Under the pieces are notes generated by a model, which ran no database searches, was not told the DNA's origin, and was given only the letters and a program-made list of their open reading frames with translations. The position numbers and the translations under genes were made by a program. A stretch of DNA of 64,000 bases from Candidatus Calescibacterium sp. (lineage in GTDB: Bacteria; Calescibacteriota; Calescibacteriia; Calescibacteriales; Calescibacteriaceae). Position 1 is the stretch's first letter, and each line of letters begins with the position of its first letter. The stretch spans positions 1-64,000 of the forward strand of contig JAVVGL010000008.1 of the NCBI GenBank assembly GCA_032249135.1. Reading direction: 5' to 3'. This document shows positions 6,661 through 17,380 of this stretch, one piece after another.

Positions 6661-8244
6661 ATGAGGAAATTAAAGTGGAACGGATGGGGATATGAGGGAG
6701 AGGAGTTCCCGCAAGATAGGGTAAAAAAAATTATTGATATATTGCAATCTTTTTTGGGAATTTCAGAGGAAGATTTCTCTCCATCTATAAATCTTGAACA
6801 AATAAATTTGCCAGAAGCAAAAATAGATTATCAATTGCTTCAGAAAAAATTGAAAGCATCTTCTGTTAGTGTTGAAAAGTACGATAGGGTTTTAAATTCA
6901 TCTGGTAAAAGCTATAAGAACCTTGTGAGATTAAGAAAGGGTACTATAAAAAAATTTCCAGATGCAGTTGTATATGTAAAAGATAAAAACGATGTTTTTG
7001 AAATTCTCTCTTTCTGTGAAAGTGAAAATGTTGCATGTGTTCCTCGTGGTGGTGGAACAAGTGTCGTCGGGGGAGTTGATGTTGAAGAAATATCATCTCC
7101 CGTTTTGGTTTGTGATTTGACTTATCTTAACAAAGTCATTGATGTAGATGTTAGATCTTTGACGGCTCGGGTTCAGGCAGGGGTGAGAGGACCTCACCTT
7201 GAAGAACAACTCAGAAATTATGGTCTTGCCCTGAGACATTATCCTCAATCTTTTCATTTTTCTACTTTGGGTGGATGGATAGCTGCAAGATCTGCTGGGC
7301 ATTTTTCGTCAAGATACGGAAAAATAGAAGATATGATACAAAGCATTGAAGTTATAACTCCTCGGGGGGTTGTAAAAAATTTTGATGTACCATCAACTGC
7401 TTGCGGACCAGATATACCTCGTACATTTGCTGGTTCTGAGGGTATTTTAGGTATAATAACAGAAGTTGTAGTGAAGTGCCATAAAATACCTACGAAAAAA
7501 TTTTCAACAGCTTTTGTTTTCCCTGATTTTGAAACTGCGTGCGATGCAGCAAGAAAAATAGTTCAATCTGAAATATTCCCTCCACTTTTGAGAATACTTG
7601 ACGAAAGAGAGTACATGATATCTTCTATCCTTTCAGGTAGAACATATAATGGCGGAGCCCTTTTACTTTTGGGGTTTGAATCAGATGATGAAACGGAAGA
7701 TATTGTACGAGCTGAGTTTGAAAAGGCATCGCAAATGTGTATAAAATCCGGCGGAAAAGATGAAGGAAAAATGAGATTTGAAGATTGGAAAAAGGAGTAT
7801 TTTGAACAGCCTTATCTTCGCGATGTACTTTTGGATTTCTGTATAGTTGTTGATACTCTTGAAACAGCCACAAGTTGGTCTAACCTTATGAACCTTTATA
7901 GAAGAGTAAAAGAAGCTATAGAGCAAGCTATTTTTTCCGAAACTTTGGGTGGTGTGACTTGTCGTGTAACTCATGTTTACACAACTGGGGCATCTTTGTA
8001 CTATTCTTTTTTTGCAAAAGCTCAAAAAGGAAAAGAGGAGGAGCTTTGGTGGAAAATAAAAAAAGCCGCCTCTGATGCTATATCAAACTATGGAGGAACA
8101 ATCTCTCATCATCACGGGGTAGGGAGGGACCACAAGATTTGGGCTCAAAAAGAGCTGAAAGATTCTTTGATTTTTCTCAAAACTTTGAAAATATCTCTTG
8201 ACCCAAAAAATGTTATGAATCCCGGAGCTGTTTTTGATATGTAA
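6661..8244 (+). CDS. FAD-linked oxidase, alkyl-dihydroxyacetonephosphate synthase-like
   Basis: KWNGWG N-terminus, PRGGGTSVVGG, HYPQSFHFSTLGGW, GSEGILG, SHHHGVG, LDPKNVMNPG. Confidence 0.8.
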   Translation: MRKLKWNGWGYEGEEFPQDRVKKIIDILQSFLGISEEDFSPSINLEQINLPEAKIDYQLLQKKLKASSVSVEKYDRVLNSSGKSYKNLVRLRKGTIKKFPDAVVYVKDKNDVFEILSFCESENVACVPRGGGTSVVGGVDVEEISSPVLVCDLTYLNKVIDVDVRSLTARVQAGVRGPHLEEQLRNYGLALRHYPQSFHFSTLGGWIAARSAGHFSSRYGKIEDMIQSIEVITPRGVVKNFDVPSTACGPDIPRTFAGSEGILGIITEVVVKCHKIPTKKFSTAFVFPDFETACDAARKIVQSEIFPPLLRILDEREYMISSILSGRTYNGGALLLLGFESDDETEDIVRAEFEKASQMCIKSGGKDEGKMRFEDWKKEYFEQPYLRDVLLDFCIVVDTLETATSWSNLMNLYRRVKEAIEQAIFSETLGGVTCRVTHVYTTGASLYYSFFAKAQKGKEEELWWKIKKAASDAISNYGGTISHHHGVGRDHKIWAQKELKDSLIFLKTLKISLDPKNVMNPGAVFDM

Positions 8245-8360
8245 ATTTTGATATAGAATAAATTTTCCGATAACCAATAAAAAACAACTTTTTCTCTCTT
8301 TTGAGATTAAATTTTATTATATAAAAAAATTTTAAATTTATATAGAAGAAAAAGTGAGGT

Positions 8361-10529
8361 TTGAGTTTTATGGTTAGAAAAGAAAAAATATTTCTTTTTT
8401 CTACTATATTTTTTATTTTTCCCCTTTTTTTATTTTTCGTTTTTCCATTTTATTCTTATTCCTCCAAAACTTTTGAGTTAAAGATTGCAGAAGCGACAGA
8501 ATTTTTGAATAAAGGTGATCTTATAAATGCATATGTGAGTTTTTCAATAGCCTATGAGTACGCAGAAAATACCAGACAAAAGGCTGATGTAATGGTAAAA
8601 CTCGGAAATATACTTTTCAAATTGGGAGATACATTCGCAGCAGAAAAAACATATGAGAAAGCCCTAACTCTGGATCCCGGAAATTTTGAGATTTTAAAAA
8701 AGGTCATAGTCAGTAAGGCTGAAAATCTATCCCCGGATTTCAAAGCTTATCTTAAAAAAATCCCAAAAGATAAAATAGATTCTGAGATTTTATATTACTG
8801 GGGAAAATATGTCCTTTTGGCTGAGAAAAATCCAAAAGAAGCGTGTAATATTTTAGATTCTGTAAGGAAAGAATCTGAATTTTTTTATAGAGCTTCTTAT
8901 CTTTGCGGTATAGTCTCGGTTATGAAGGGCGATAGGGATGATGCGGTGAGGAGATTCGAGAGCGCTTCATTATCTCCTGATATAACACTTCGGGACTATT
9001 CTCTTCTTGCATTGGCGAGAATATATTCCGACTCCGGATATTTTCAGAAGGCTTATCATTATTATTCCAAGATTACAGAGGGTTCTCCTGTTTTTTATGA
9101 TGCAAAATATGAAGTTTGTTGGGTTTTGTATGGGCTTGAAAAATATGGGGAGGCGCGCGAATGCGTTGAATATTATAGAAGGTCAGCCCCTAAATCACAT
9201 CTTACAAAGAGAATAGAAGTTCTTTCAGCTTTTTTGACGATGAATGAGGATTTAGTTGGTGCTCTACTTACTTTCACATTTGTCTCTGATTCCGCTGAAA
9301 TGATATTATCAAAAATAGTAGAAGTGGAGAGAATGCCGCTAAAATTTTGGGAGAAAGATTATATAGATTATTTTAGCGCACACGACCCAGATATAGTATT
9401 ATATATACAAGCCTTCCCTGAATATAAAGATTATCTAAAAAAGAAAACATACATAGAGCAGGTGAAAAGTGAGATAAAATCTATAATTCAAGATATGCAA
9501 AAGGTAGGTAGTATGTCCGTTATCGTTGCTGATAAATCACTTAAAAAGTATTTTGAAAGGGTATGGTTTGTTCAGGAGAGAATAATAAATTTGATTTCCT
9601 CTTTTATTGAAAATAGTATGGAATATGGAGAAAAAAATGTTTGGACCACTCTTTATTCTCTTTCCAAAGAATTAAGAAAACTTGATTTTAAGGCAAGAGA
9701 GCTCACCGCACTATCAGCTGTAAAATCTCTGGAATTGTATCGTAAAGGCGAAGAGTTCAAAAATTGGGAGAAGAAACTCGAAGTCTACAGAGGAACGATG
9801 AATTATACTATTGATGAAATTAGGAAATTAGTAGATTATCAGAAAAAATCAGCAAGCTATTTTGTATCGCTTGTAAATGAAATATCATCTGAACATGATA
9901 GAGGAGAAAATACTAAACTCAAAGAACTCATTCAATATTTTGGAACTTCTCAAGATGTTTTTTTTGATTTTGCAAACTTGTGGCAAGATCTTATACAATC
10001 TCTAAATAAATTTCTTCTTGTTCAAGAAAGAAAATTGAGGGGTATGTATTTTGTCCTTGATAATTTCAGCCGTTATCTTGATGATTTCAAGAAATCTCTT
10101 GTGAGATATATTGTCCTCTCTAAACTCAGGCGTGAATTCTTTGAAATATACGCCCTCGCTCAGTACGGTTTTATTGAGGTTGCTTGGATCATCAAAGAGA
10201 GCGAATCCGAAGCATTAAATAGAATGCACTCTATAAGACTTAGGGAAGAGGACAATATCAGAACTAATTTCTCAAAAGTTCAAGATGAATTAAATAAAAT
10301 AGAAATTCAATCAAAGTCAGTAAAATCTGATTCTGTTTTTGAGGAGGAGGTCAGAACTTATGATTCTATATTAAGTGAAATCATAAAAAAAGTGGATACT
10401 TCTTCTAATATTTTTTCACGTGGGAGCACAATCACTTTTACTCCTCCTCAGGATTTATACCAAATTATTAGCGAATTAGAGAAAAAGTCAAAAGAAGAAA
10501 CACAAAAAAAGAAAAAGGGAAGAAAGTAG
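8361..10529 (+). CDS. Exported TPR protein, GltC-like
   Basis: Hydrophobic N-terminus, multiple TPRs (LALARIYSDSGYFQKAYHYYSKI, YEVCWVLY), coiled-coil C-terminal half; start may be ATG 8370. Confidence 0.55.
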   Translation: MSFMVRKEKIFLFSTIFFIFPLFLFFVFPFYSYSSKTFELKIAEATEFLNKGDLINAYVSFSIAYEYAENTRQKADVMVKLGNILFKLGDTFAAEKTYEKALTLDPGNFEILKKVIVSKAENLSPDFKAYLKKIPKDKIDSEILYYWGKYVLLAEKNPKEACNILDSVRKESEFFYRASYLCGIVSVMKGDRDDAVRRFESASLSPDITLRDYSLLALARIYSDSGYFQKAYHYYSKITEGSPVFYDAKYEVCWVLYGLEKYGEARECVEYYRRSAPKSHLTKRIEVLSAFLTMNEDLVGALLTFTFVSDSAEMILSKIVEVERMPLKFWEKDYIDYFSAHDPDIVLYIQAFPEYKDYLKKKTYIEQVKSEIKSIIQDMQKVGSMSVIVADKSLKKYFERVWFVQERIINLISSFIENSMEYGEKNVWTTLYSLSKELRKLDFKARELTALSAVKSLELYRKGEEFKNWEKKLEVYRGTMNYTIDEIRKLVDYQKKSASYFVSLVNEISSEHDRGENTKLKELIQYFGTSQDVFFDFANLWQDLIQSLNKFLLVQERKLRGMYFVLDNFSRYLDDFKKSLVRYIVLSKLRREFFEIYALAQYGFIEVAWIIKESESEALNRMHSIRLREEDNIRTNFSKVQDELNKIEIQSKSVKSDSVFEEEVRTYDSILSEIIKKVDTSSNIFSRGSTITFTPPQDLYQIISELEKKSKEETQKKKKGRK

Positions 10530-10543
10530 GGGGGTAGATTGTT

Positions 10544-13500
10544 ATGTGTAGATTTGGTTGGAAGATAGTTTTCTTCATTTTCCTTTCATCATCTTTTTTT
10601 ATTCCTTGTGGGGTTTTCTCTCAGCAGAGATCGGAAAAACAAATTGGAAATGCAAAAAAGGATGAGCTTGTGGATAAGCTCAGGGAATTGAGAGACAGGT
10701 ACTCGCCGGACTTTTCAGAATATGTAATTGAGAAAGAAATTATTTATGCTAAATCAATTTCAGTTTATGCTGATAGGTTTGAAAAAATAAGGTCCATTAT
10801 GAAAGAACTTTTGGATGTCCGCGCTGGTATTGAAATGACAAAAATATTAGATTATTTCTCTTCCTCCATGGCACCATTTTTGGAAGTTGAAGACCTCAGG
10901 AGGGAAGAGCTCCTCAGCTCACTTGAAAGATATATCAAACTATTTTCAAACTCCCCGCTTGCTCCGTACGCTATTTTAAGATATGCTGAAATACTTTATG
11001 AAAAACTATCATATGAGTATATTCGGGAATATGAGAGAGCAATCATTTTGGGAAATCCTTTACCTCAGAAGAATTACTATCCTGTCGTTAAAGTATATGA
11101 AGATTTCTTGAAAAAATACCCAGATTTTCCAAGGCGTGATATTGTGATGTATCTTGCTGGATACATTCTTGAAGAAATGGATATGGCAGACGAAGCTGTG
11201 GAAAAATATTTTTCCCATTTGTCTAAAATTAGAGCCTCCCCTTTCGCTCCAGAAGCTGCCATGCGTTCTGGAGAATACTATTTCAAAGTAGGTGAACTGG
11301 AAAAAGCAGAGGAGTATTACATTTTAGTGCTTGATTTCCCAGAAAGCCCATTTTATCCGAAAGCTCTGTATAAGCTCGCATGGACGTACTTCCGACGAGG
11401 AGATTATTCTTCAGCCATAGATTATTTTATTGAAACAATAGAAGCATCATATGGGAGGGAAGCATCAGATGAAAAAGTCAACCTTGTAAAAGAATCTATG
11501 GATTACATTATTTTCTCAATTGCAGAGCTTGGTGGATTTGATGCTATTGAAAAATCAAGAAAAGAAGTAGTACTTTCTGTACTGCTCAAAATCTATCCAA
11601 TTGTATCCCAATTTCATGATGAACCAGAAGCTTTTATCCTTGAAGCTCAGGGAAAAGTTTTCCTTGAACAAGGAAAGTATCCGGAAGCTATTTTATCTTT
11701 CAAGAACCTTATAGACAGATTTTATCTTTCTCCAAGGTCAATAAATGCAGCCTTTGGTCTTTTTGAGGCTCTGAAAAAGTCAGGTGATATATCTTCTGCT
11801 GTATCCTGGCAGATCAAGATGGTAGAGAAATGGGGACCCGGTTCGGAATGGGCGCGCAAAAATCCCGAAGAGGCTAAAAAATATGCACAAAAGCTTGAAA
11901 GCGGGCTATTGGAAGGAGCAAAATATTATCACTCAAAAGGTATCCTTGATCAGGCGGAATCTGCATATTTACTTTTCCTCAAACTCTTCCCGGATTCTGA
12001 GTTTTCAGTCGAAGCTCAATTTCTTCTTGGCGAAATATATTTTCAGCAGGGGAAATTTTCCGAAGCATTCAAATATTACAAATTGAATGTTGAAAATGTT
12101 AATGTAAAACAGAATAAGTTCCTCCAAGATGCTGCATGGGGTATGGTTATTTCTGCTGATGAGTTGCTCAAAGCTGGTGAAAAAGATGCGGGAGAAAAAT
12201 TAAAAAGCGCGGCGTTTCTGTACGAAAGGCTTTTCCCTCTTGACAGAAGAGTTCCTGTTGCTTTATATAAAGCTGCGAAAGTCATATCGGCAGAAGGGAA
12301 AAAAGACGAAGCTCTATCTATGTTCTCAAAAATAATAGAAAGGTATCCCGGTTCAGAAGTCGTTGCAGATTCTATGCTTGAGATCTTGAAAATATATGTG
12401 GAGAAAGCCGATTTTAAAAAGGTCCTTGAGTTTTCTATTTCCGCAAGACAGCGTACAGATATATTTTCACAGGATGATATAAACTACATAAACAGCACCG
12501 GAGCAAAGGCTCTTTTCTCCATAGCATTAGATTATGAAAAAAATAAGAACTTCAGCGAAGCAATTTCTCGCTATCTCCAAGTCCCCATTCTTTTTCCTAA
12601 TTCTGATCTTGTAGATGAAGCACTATACAGAGTTATCATGATATACTATGATCTTAAAAAGTTTGACGAGGTTCTAAAATATTCTGGTGAGTTTTTGGAA
12701 AAATTTCATCAATCTGAATTAAGATATGATATTTTGTATGTTAGAGCGTCCGCTCTTTCAAGTCTTTTCTTGTTTGATCAAGCGCTTGAGGTTTTTATAA
12801 AGCTCGAAAAAGATATTAAAAACAAAAAGAATTTATCAGAAATAGAAAAAGATATTCTCAGGAAAACCATTTTATCAGTAGTTTCAATTTATGCTGGGCT
12901 TGGCAAATTTGAGGAGGCTGCGGAATGGACATTAAAATACTATGACGAATTTGGAAAATCAGAAAAAGATCCTCTCATTTATATAAGGAGGGCTGCCGAC
13001 CTTTATGAAAAATCCGGCAACATACAAAAAATGAGGGAACTTCTTTCAAATTTCATAAAGGAGATGGAGAAGCAAAAAAGAGCAAACTCATATGATGTTT
13101 TGTATGCAAAATATAAGATTGCAAAATCTTTTGAGAAATCAAATCCAGCCGAAATGGAGAAAATTTTCTCTGAAATTATAAATACATGGCCAAAACTCTC
13201 GGAAGAAGATAGAAGGAAATCATTGAGTATATATGCGGAAGCTAAATTTCATTTCGCTAAAAAAACTTTTGAAGAGTATAGAAAAATAAGAATAACAGGT
13301 GATGAAAGAAAGAAACAGTTGGCAGATAAGCTGAAAAAGAAATCGGAGATGCTCAAAAAGGTTCAATCAGAGATGGGAGATATAGCAAAACTCGGGGATC
13401 CTGAATGGTCATTCGCAGCTATCTTTTACATGGGATTTGCTTTTCAGGATTTTGCTGATATGCTGATCAATTCTCCTCTCCCACCAGAAATAAAATCTAT

Positions 13501-13960
13501 AAGAGATCCAGAAGAGAGAGCATTAGCAGAAGCTGTTTATAGGGAGGAGTTAGAAAAGCAAGCTTTCCCTCTCGAGGACAATGCAATAAAAATTTTCTCA
13601 GGGGCTATTGATAAAATAAAACAGCTTGGAGTAAGAAATGAATGGACAAATCTTATATTCAAGCATCTGAAGATGTTAGATCCTCTTGCACCTGTTGAGA
13701 TAGAAGATGATAGAATTCAAGATGCTAAATTTGTTCTCTCTATGAGATCAGAGACTATACCACCGGTGGTTGAGGAAAAAAGAGAAGAAAAAACCCTGTT
13801 TGCAAAAAGGAAGGATATATACCTTGCGAGTTCCCCGGAAGTCCTCAGAGTTTCTACTCTTGATGGCATTTTCCAAAACTTCTTTCAAGGATATTTTATC
13901 TTTGAATCAGACGGAAAATTGCTTTATATTAACTTTGATAATGTAAAGGCGAATAGATAA
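10544..13960 (+). CDS. Large exported TPR protein, AgmU/GltD-like
   Basis: Signal peptide; many TPRs (ALYKLAWTYFRRGDY, AQFLLGEIYF); C-terminal block PEWSFAAIFYMG...FADMLINSPLP...YREELEKQAFPLEDNA recalls myxobacterial GltD. Confidence 0.65.
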   Translation: MCRFGWKIVFFIFLSSSFFIPCGVFSQQRSEKQIGNAKKDELVDKLRELRDRYSPDFSEYVIEKEIIYAKSISVYADRFEKIRSIMKELLDVRAGIEMTKILDYFSSSMAPFLEVEDLRREELLSSLERYIKLFSNSPLAPYAILRYAEILYEKLSYEYIREYERAIILGNPLPQKNYYPVVKVYEDFLKKYPDFPRRDIVMYLAGYILEEMDMADEAVEKYFSHLSKIRASPFAPEAAMRSGEYYFKVGELEKAEEYYILVLDFPESPFYPKALYKLAWTYFRRGDYSSAIDYFIETIEASYGREASDEKVNLVKESMDYIIFSIAELGGFDAIEKSRKEVVLSVLLKIYPIVSQFHDEPEAFILEAQGKVFLEQGKYPEAILSFKNLIDRFYLSPRSINAAFGLFEALKKSGDISSAVSWQIKMVEKWGPGSEWARKNPEEAKKYAQKLESGLLEGAKYYHSKGILDQAESAYLLFLKLFPDSEFSVEAQFLLGEIYFQQGKFSEAFKYYKLNVENVNVKQNKFLQDAAWGMVISADELLKAGEKDAGEKLKSAAFLYERLFPLDRRVPVALYKAAKVISAEGKKDEALSMFSKIIERYPGSEVVADSMLEILKIYVEKADFKKVLEFSISARQRTDIFSQDDINYINSTGAKALFSIALDYEKNKNFSEAISRYLQVPILFPNSDLVDEALYRVIMIYYDLKKFDEVLKYSGEFLEKFHQSELRYDILYVRASALSSLFLFDQALEVFIKLEKDIKNKKNLSEIEKDILRKTILSVVSIYAGLGKFEEAAEWTLKYYDEFGKSEKDPLIYIRRAADLYEKSGNIQKMRELLSNFIKEMEKQKRANSYDVLYAKYKIAKSFEKSNPAEMEKIFSEIINTWPKLSEEDRRKSLSIYAEAKFHFAKKTFEEYRKIRITGDERKKQLADKLKKKSEMLKKVQSEMGDIAKLGDPEWSFAAIFYMGFAFQDFADMLINSPLPPEIKSIRDPEERALAEAVYREELEKQAFPLEDNAIKIFSGAIDKIKQLGVRNEWTNLIFKHLKMLDPLAPVEIEDDRIQDAKFVLSMRSETIPPVVEEKREEKTLFAKRKDIYLASSPEVLRVSTLDGIFQNFFQGYFIFESDGKLLYINFDNVKANR

Positions 13961-13993
13961 TTTATTATAATAAATAATTGTTTTCAGAAATTG

Positions 13994-14049
13994 TAAAATT
14001 TATTTAGACGGATTTTGTTTTTAAAATTTGTTTAGACGAATTTTATTTT
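13994..14049 (+). repeat. Tandem 2 x 28 bp repeat upstream of the mltD-like gene
   Basis: taaaatttatttagacggattttgtttt / taaaatttgtttagacgaattttatttt (3 mismatches). Confidence 0.85.
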
Positions 14050-14062
14050 GGAATAAAAGAAG

Positions 14063-15925
14063 ATGAATTTTTTAAAAAAATTTCTGAAATTTATTCCTTG
14101 CACATTTTTTTTATTTTCCCTTGTCCATTGCTCATCATTCCCTTTAATCTCGCCGAAGAAAAAAATCAGTATTTCAGAGGTACAAGAGCAAATTTCAGAT
14201 AAATCTAATAAATCCGAAAATTATGGAAAACCAATTATTGACCTAACAAAAAAAATGGACCAGGAGATGTGGTCCTATGAGGAAATTCCGTTTACTCCCT
14301 CTGACCAAGATGAACCTGTAATTTTACTTGAAGAGGAACCGGAAGAATGGGAAATTGATGAGATAGATAGATCGTTCCAGAGAGCTTTAACACAACCATT
14401 TCCAAAATCTATAACGAAAGTAGAAAAATATTTTGTAAGAGGTTTTGGATACTTTAATATACCTGTTGAGCTTAATGAATATGTTGATTACTATATTTAT
14501 CTTTTTACTGAAACTAAATTCAGACAACATCTTGAAAAATGGCTTAGGAGATATTTTAAGTACGAAAAGGTGATAAGAGATATAATTAAGTCTTATGGCT
14601 TGCCAGATGACCTTATTTTTGTTGCAATGGCAGAATCTGGATTTTCAACTCGTGCGGTCTCTCCTATGAGTGCAGTCGGACCATGGCAATTTATAGAAGA
14701 AACTGCAAGAAGATATAAGCTCAAAATTGATTTGTGGGTTGATGAAAGAAAAGACCTGATAAAATCAACTCACTCTGCTTTGAATTATCTCAAAGACCTA
14801 TATGATATGTTCGGAGATTGGTATCTAGCTTGGGCTGGCTATAACGCAGGAGAAAAGAGGATAGAAAAAGCAATTGAAAGGGCAGGAGGTAAAAAAGATT
14901 ATTGGTATTTTGTAAAAAGAGGTCTTATACCTCGGGAAACTCAAGGATATGTCCCAAAAATAATAGCTCTTGCGCTTATAACAAAAAATCTGGAAAAGTT
15001 TGGATTCTCAAAAGATGATTTCAAAGATGAAAATAAGTTTGAGTTTGATACGGTAAAAATATCAAAGCAAATAGATATTTTTTCTCTCTCTAAAATATGT
15101 GAATGTGATGTTATAGATTTGTGGGAGCTTAATCCTTCTCTTCGCCTCCCAGTTACTCCTCCCTATGAATTTGAGTTGAAGGTACCAAAAGGTAAAGGTA
15201 AACTTGTTGAAGAAAGATTGAAGTTTTTTGAAGCCTTTGCCACTCGCTTTTATCCAGCGGTAAGACATTCTTTCTCACCGGTGCCAAAAGATGATTACCA
15301 GAAAAAAGTTTTAGGTGGATGGCTTTACATAACTCCTATAAAAGATATTAGCGGTAAAGAGCAAATCATAAGCTATGTATCTTTGCAACAAAATTTGAGT
15401 TCAGAAGATCCCTTTCTTGACGATTTAAAAGAATCTATGGAAAAGGGAGAAACTTTTATTCTACCAGTTTATGTTTATATTAAACCTTTCATACTCTATA
15501 AGGTGAGGAAAAAAGTGGAGTCTTTAAGCTCAATTGCTTTACGATTTCAAGTTCCAGTCCAAGAGATTAAGAGGTTAAATGGAATTAGAGGGAACAAAGT
15601 TTATAAGGGAAAAGTTCTGAAAATTCCAACTCATAATTTCAGCTACGCTTCTCAACCAGCAAAAAATTCAAAGTATTATAGTTCAAGGAATTCAGGGTGG
15701 AGCAATACTGTTATTGTGAGTCAAGGAAAGCAAAAACAAGTGAATATATCAAAATTTTATCAGCCTACTAAAAACACTATTATAAGACACAGAGTAAAAA
15801 AAGGTGAAAGCTTATTTTTAATATCAAAAATGTACGGGGTTGAAATACAAAAGATAAGGGAATTGAATAGATTGAGTGGAAACAGAATCTATCCAGGTCA
15901 GGTCCTTCTCATTCCAGTAAACTAA
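14063..15925 (+). CDS. mltD: Membrane-bound lytic murein transglycosylase D (SLT domain plus LysM domains), probable lipoprotein
   Basis: AESGF, AVGPWQFI, AGYNAGE, PRETQGYVPKI; LysM motifs (HRVKKGESLFLISKMYGV...IYPGQVLLIP); lipobox-like SLVHC. Confidence 0.85.
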   Translation: MNFLKKFLKFIPCTFFLFSLVHCSSFPLISPKKKISISEVQEQISDKSNKSENYGKPIIDLTKKMDQEMWSYEEIPFTPSDQDEPVILLEEEPEEWEIDEIDRSFQRALTQPFPKSITKVEKYFVRGFGYFNIPVELNEYVDYYIYLFTETKFRQHLEKWLRRYFKYEKVIRDIIKSYGLPDDLIFVAMAESGFSTRAVSPMSAVGPWQFIEETARRYKLKIDLWVDERKDLIKSTHSALNYLKDLYDMFGDWYLAWAGYNAGEKRIEKAIERAGGKKDYWYFVKRGLIPRETQGYVPKIIALALITKNLEKFGFSKDDFKDENKFEFDTVKISKQIDIFSLSKICECDVIDLWELNPSLRLPVTPPYEFELKVPKGKGKLVEERLKFFEAFATRFYPAVRHSFSPVPKDDYQKKVLGGWLYITPIKDISGKEQIISYVSLQQNLSSEDPFLDDLKESMEKGETFILPVYVYIKPFILYKVRKKVESLSSIALRFQVPVQEIKRLNGIRGNKVYKGKVLKIPTHNFSYASQPAKNSKYYSSRNSGWSNTVIVSQGKQKQVNISKFYQPTKNTIIRHRVKKGESLFLISKMYGVEIQKIRELNRLSGNRIYPGQVLLIPVN

Positions 15926-16013
15926 CAAAATATCATCTCTTTAAGACTTTCTTTAAAATCTTTTACAAGACCTCTATATTAACCTTGGTTTCATACTTAT
16001 TTTCTATTTGAGG

Positions 16014-17201
16014 TCAATATGATCTTGGTAATCCAAGAATGTGTTCTGCTGTAAGGTTGAGAATCATTTCGTTTGAAAGTGGAGCTGTTTTGAGAAGCCT
16101 TGCAGAATCCCATAAAAGTATAAGGAAATTATCTTCCACAAATCCAGCTCCTCCATAAGTTTGTATAGCTCTATCTACTGCCATAAGCAAAAGTTCCGCC
16201 GCAAGATATTTTGAAGAGTTTGCCAAAAACATAACTTCTTGCGGAGGTAAATTTTTATCATAAGCCCATGCTGCTTTGTAAACAACAAGTCTTACAGCTT
16301 CTTGTCTTATTTTCACATCAGCAAGCGGATGTTGAATTGCTTGATAGCTCCCGATAGGTCTCTCCCCGAATACACATCTTTGTTTTGCATATTCTACTGC
16401 TCTTTGCAAACAAAATTCTGTCAGCCCCAATGCTCCAGCACCCGCTAAAATTCTCTCGGGATTAAGTCCGTTGAACATAACAAATACTCCTTGATTTTCT
16501 TCCCCAACCAAGTTCTCCTCCGGAACCTCTACATCTTCAAATACAACTGTGAACTGATTCATACCTTCTATTCCTCTTGTGTTAAGTTTGTGGAGCTTTA
16601 TTCCCTTTGATTTCAGATCAACAAGAAACAAAGACAATCCAAACATTTTAGGTAGTCCTTTTTTTGAAAGTTCTGAATAAGGGATTGTTCTTGTGACAAG
16701 CAGGATATAGTCGGCGACATCGGCTCCTGTGATGTAAGTTTTTTCTCCATTTATTATATATCTATCTCCTTTCTTTTCTGCCAGAGTTTTTATTCTGAAT
16801 GTATTGGTTCCTGCCTCTGGTTCTGTGACGCCAAGTGCACATTTTATTTTACCCTCTGCCATAAAAGGTAGAAATTTCTTTTTGAGATTTTCGCTACCGT
16901 TTCTTACGATGCAAGATTCCGCACATAGTGTTAGGACAAAAATTGCATTTCCTATCCCATATTTTGCAAGTGTTTCTATTGCTACTGCGCTTGCAAGCAT
17001 TCCTAACCCCGTTCCGCCATACTCTGGTGGTACTATTGCACCAGTGAAACCAGCTTGTGAAAGTTCATCCCATATTTCCTGAACGAACTCGTTTCTTCTT
17101 ATTTTTTCGAATATCTCTTTCTTTTTCCCTTCTAATTTTTTGTGTATTTTTTCTGCGGTGTCTTTTGCCATCTGAACCTCTGGAGAAAGCTCAAAATCCA
17201 T
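16014..17201 (-). CDS. Acyl-CoA dehydrogenase
   Basis: PPEYGGTG, TEPEAGT, INGEKTYIT, FGERPIGSYQAIQH, IQTYGGAGF. Confidence 0.93.
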   Translation of the reverse strand: MDFELSPEVQMAKDTAEKIHKKLEGKKKEIFEKIRRNEFVQEIWDELSQAGFTGAIVPPEYGGTGLGMLASAVAIETLAKYGIGNAIFVLTLCAESCIVRNGSENLKKKFLPFMAEGKIKCALGVTEPEAGTNTFRIKTLAEKKGDRYIINGEKTYITGADVADYILLVTRTIPYSELSKKGLPKMFGLSLFLVDLKSKGIKLHKLNTRGIEGMNQFTVVFEDVEVPEENLVGEENQGVFVMFNGLNPERILAGAGALGLTEFCLQRAVEYAKQRCVFGERPIGSYQAIQHPLADVKIRQEAVRLVVYKAAWAYDKNLPPQEVMFLANSSKYLAAELLLMAVDRAIQTYGGAGFVEDNFLILLWDSARLLKTAPLSNEMILNLTAEHILGLPRSY

Positions 17202-17380
17202 TCTTACTTACCTCCTTTTTTTATTTTTTTTCGTTTTTATTTTTTGGTGTTGTAATAAATAATTCACTATGGTAATCAAATTTATTTTTTCTTTTTTTAA
17301 TCTTTTAGTTTTCTTTTTCAAGAATTTTTGAACAAGCGTTCAAATTTTTTTATTTTTTGTGTTGATTGAAAATTTTCAAG

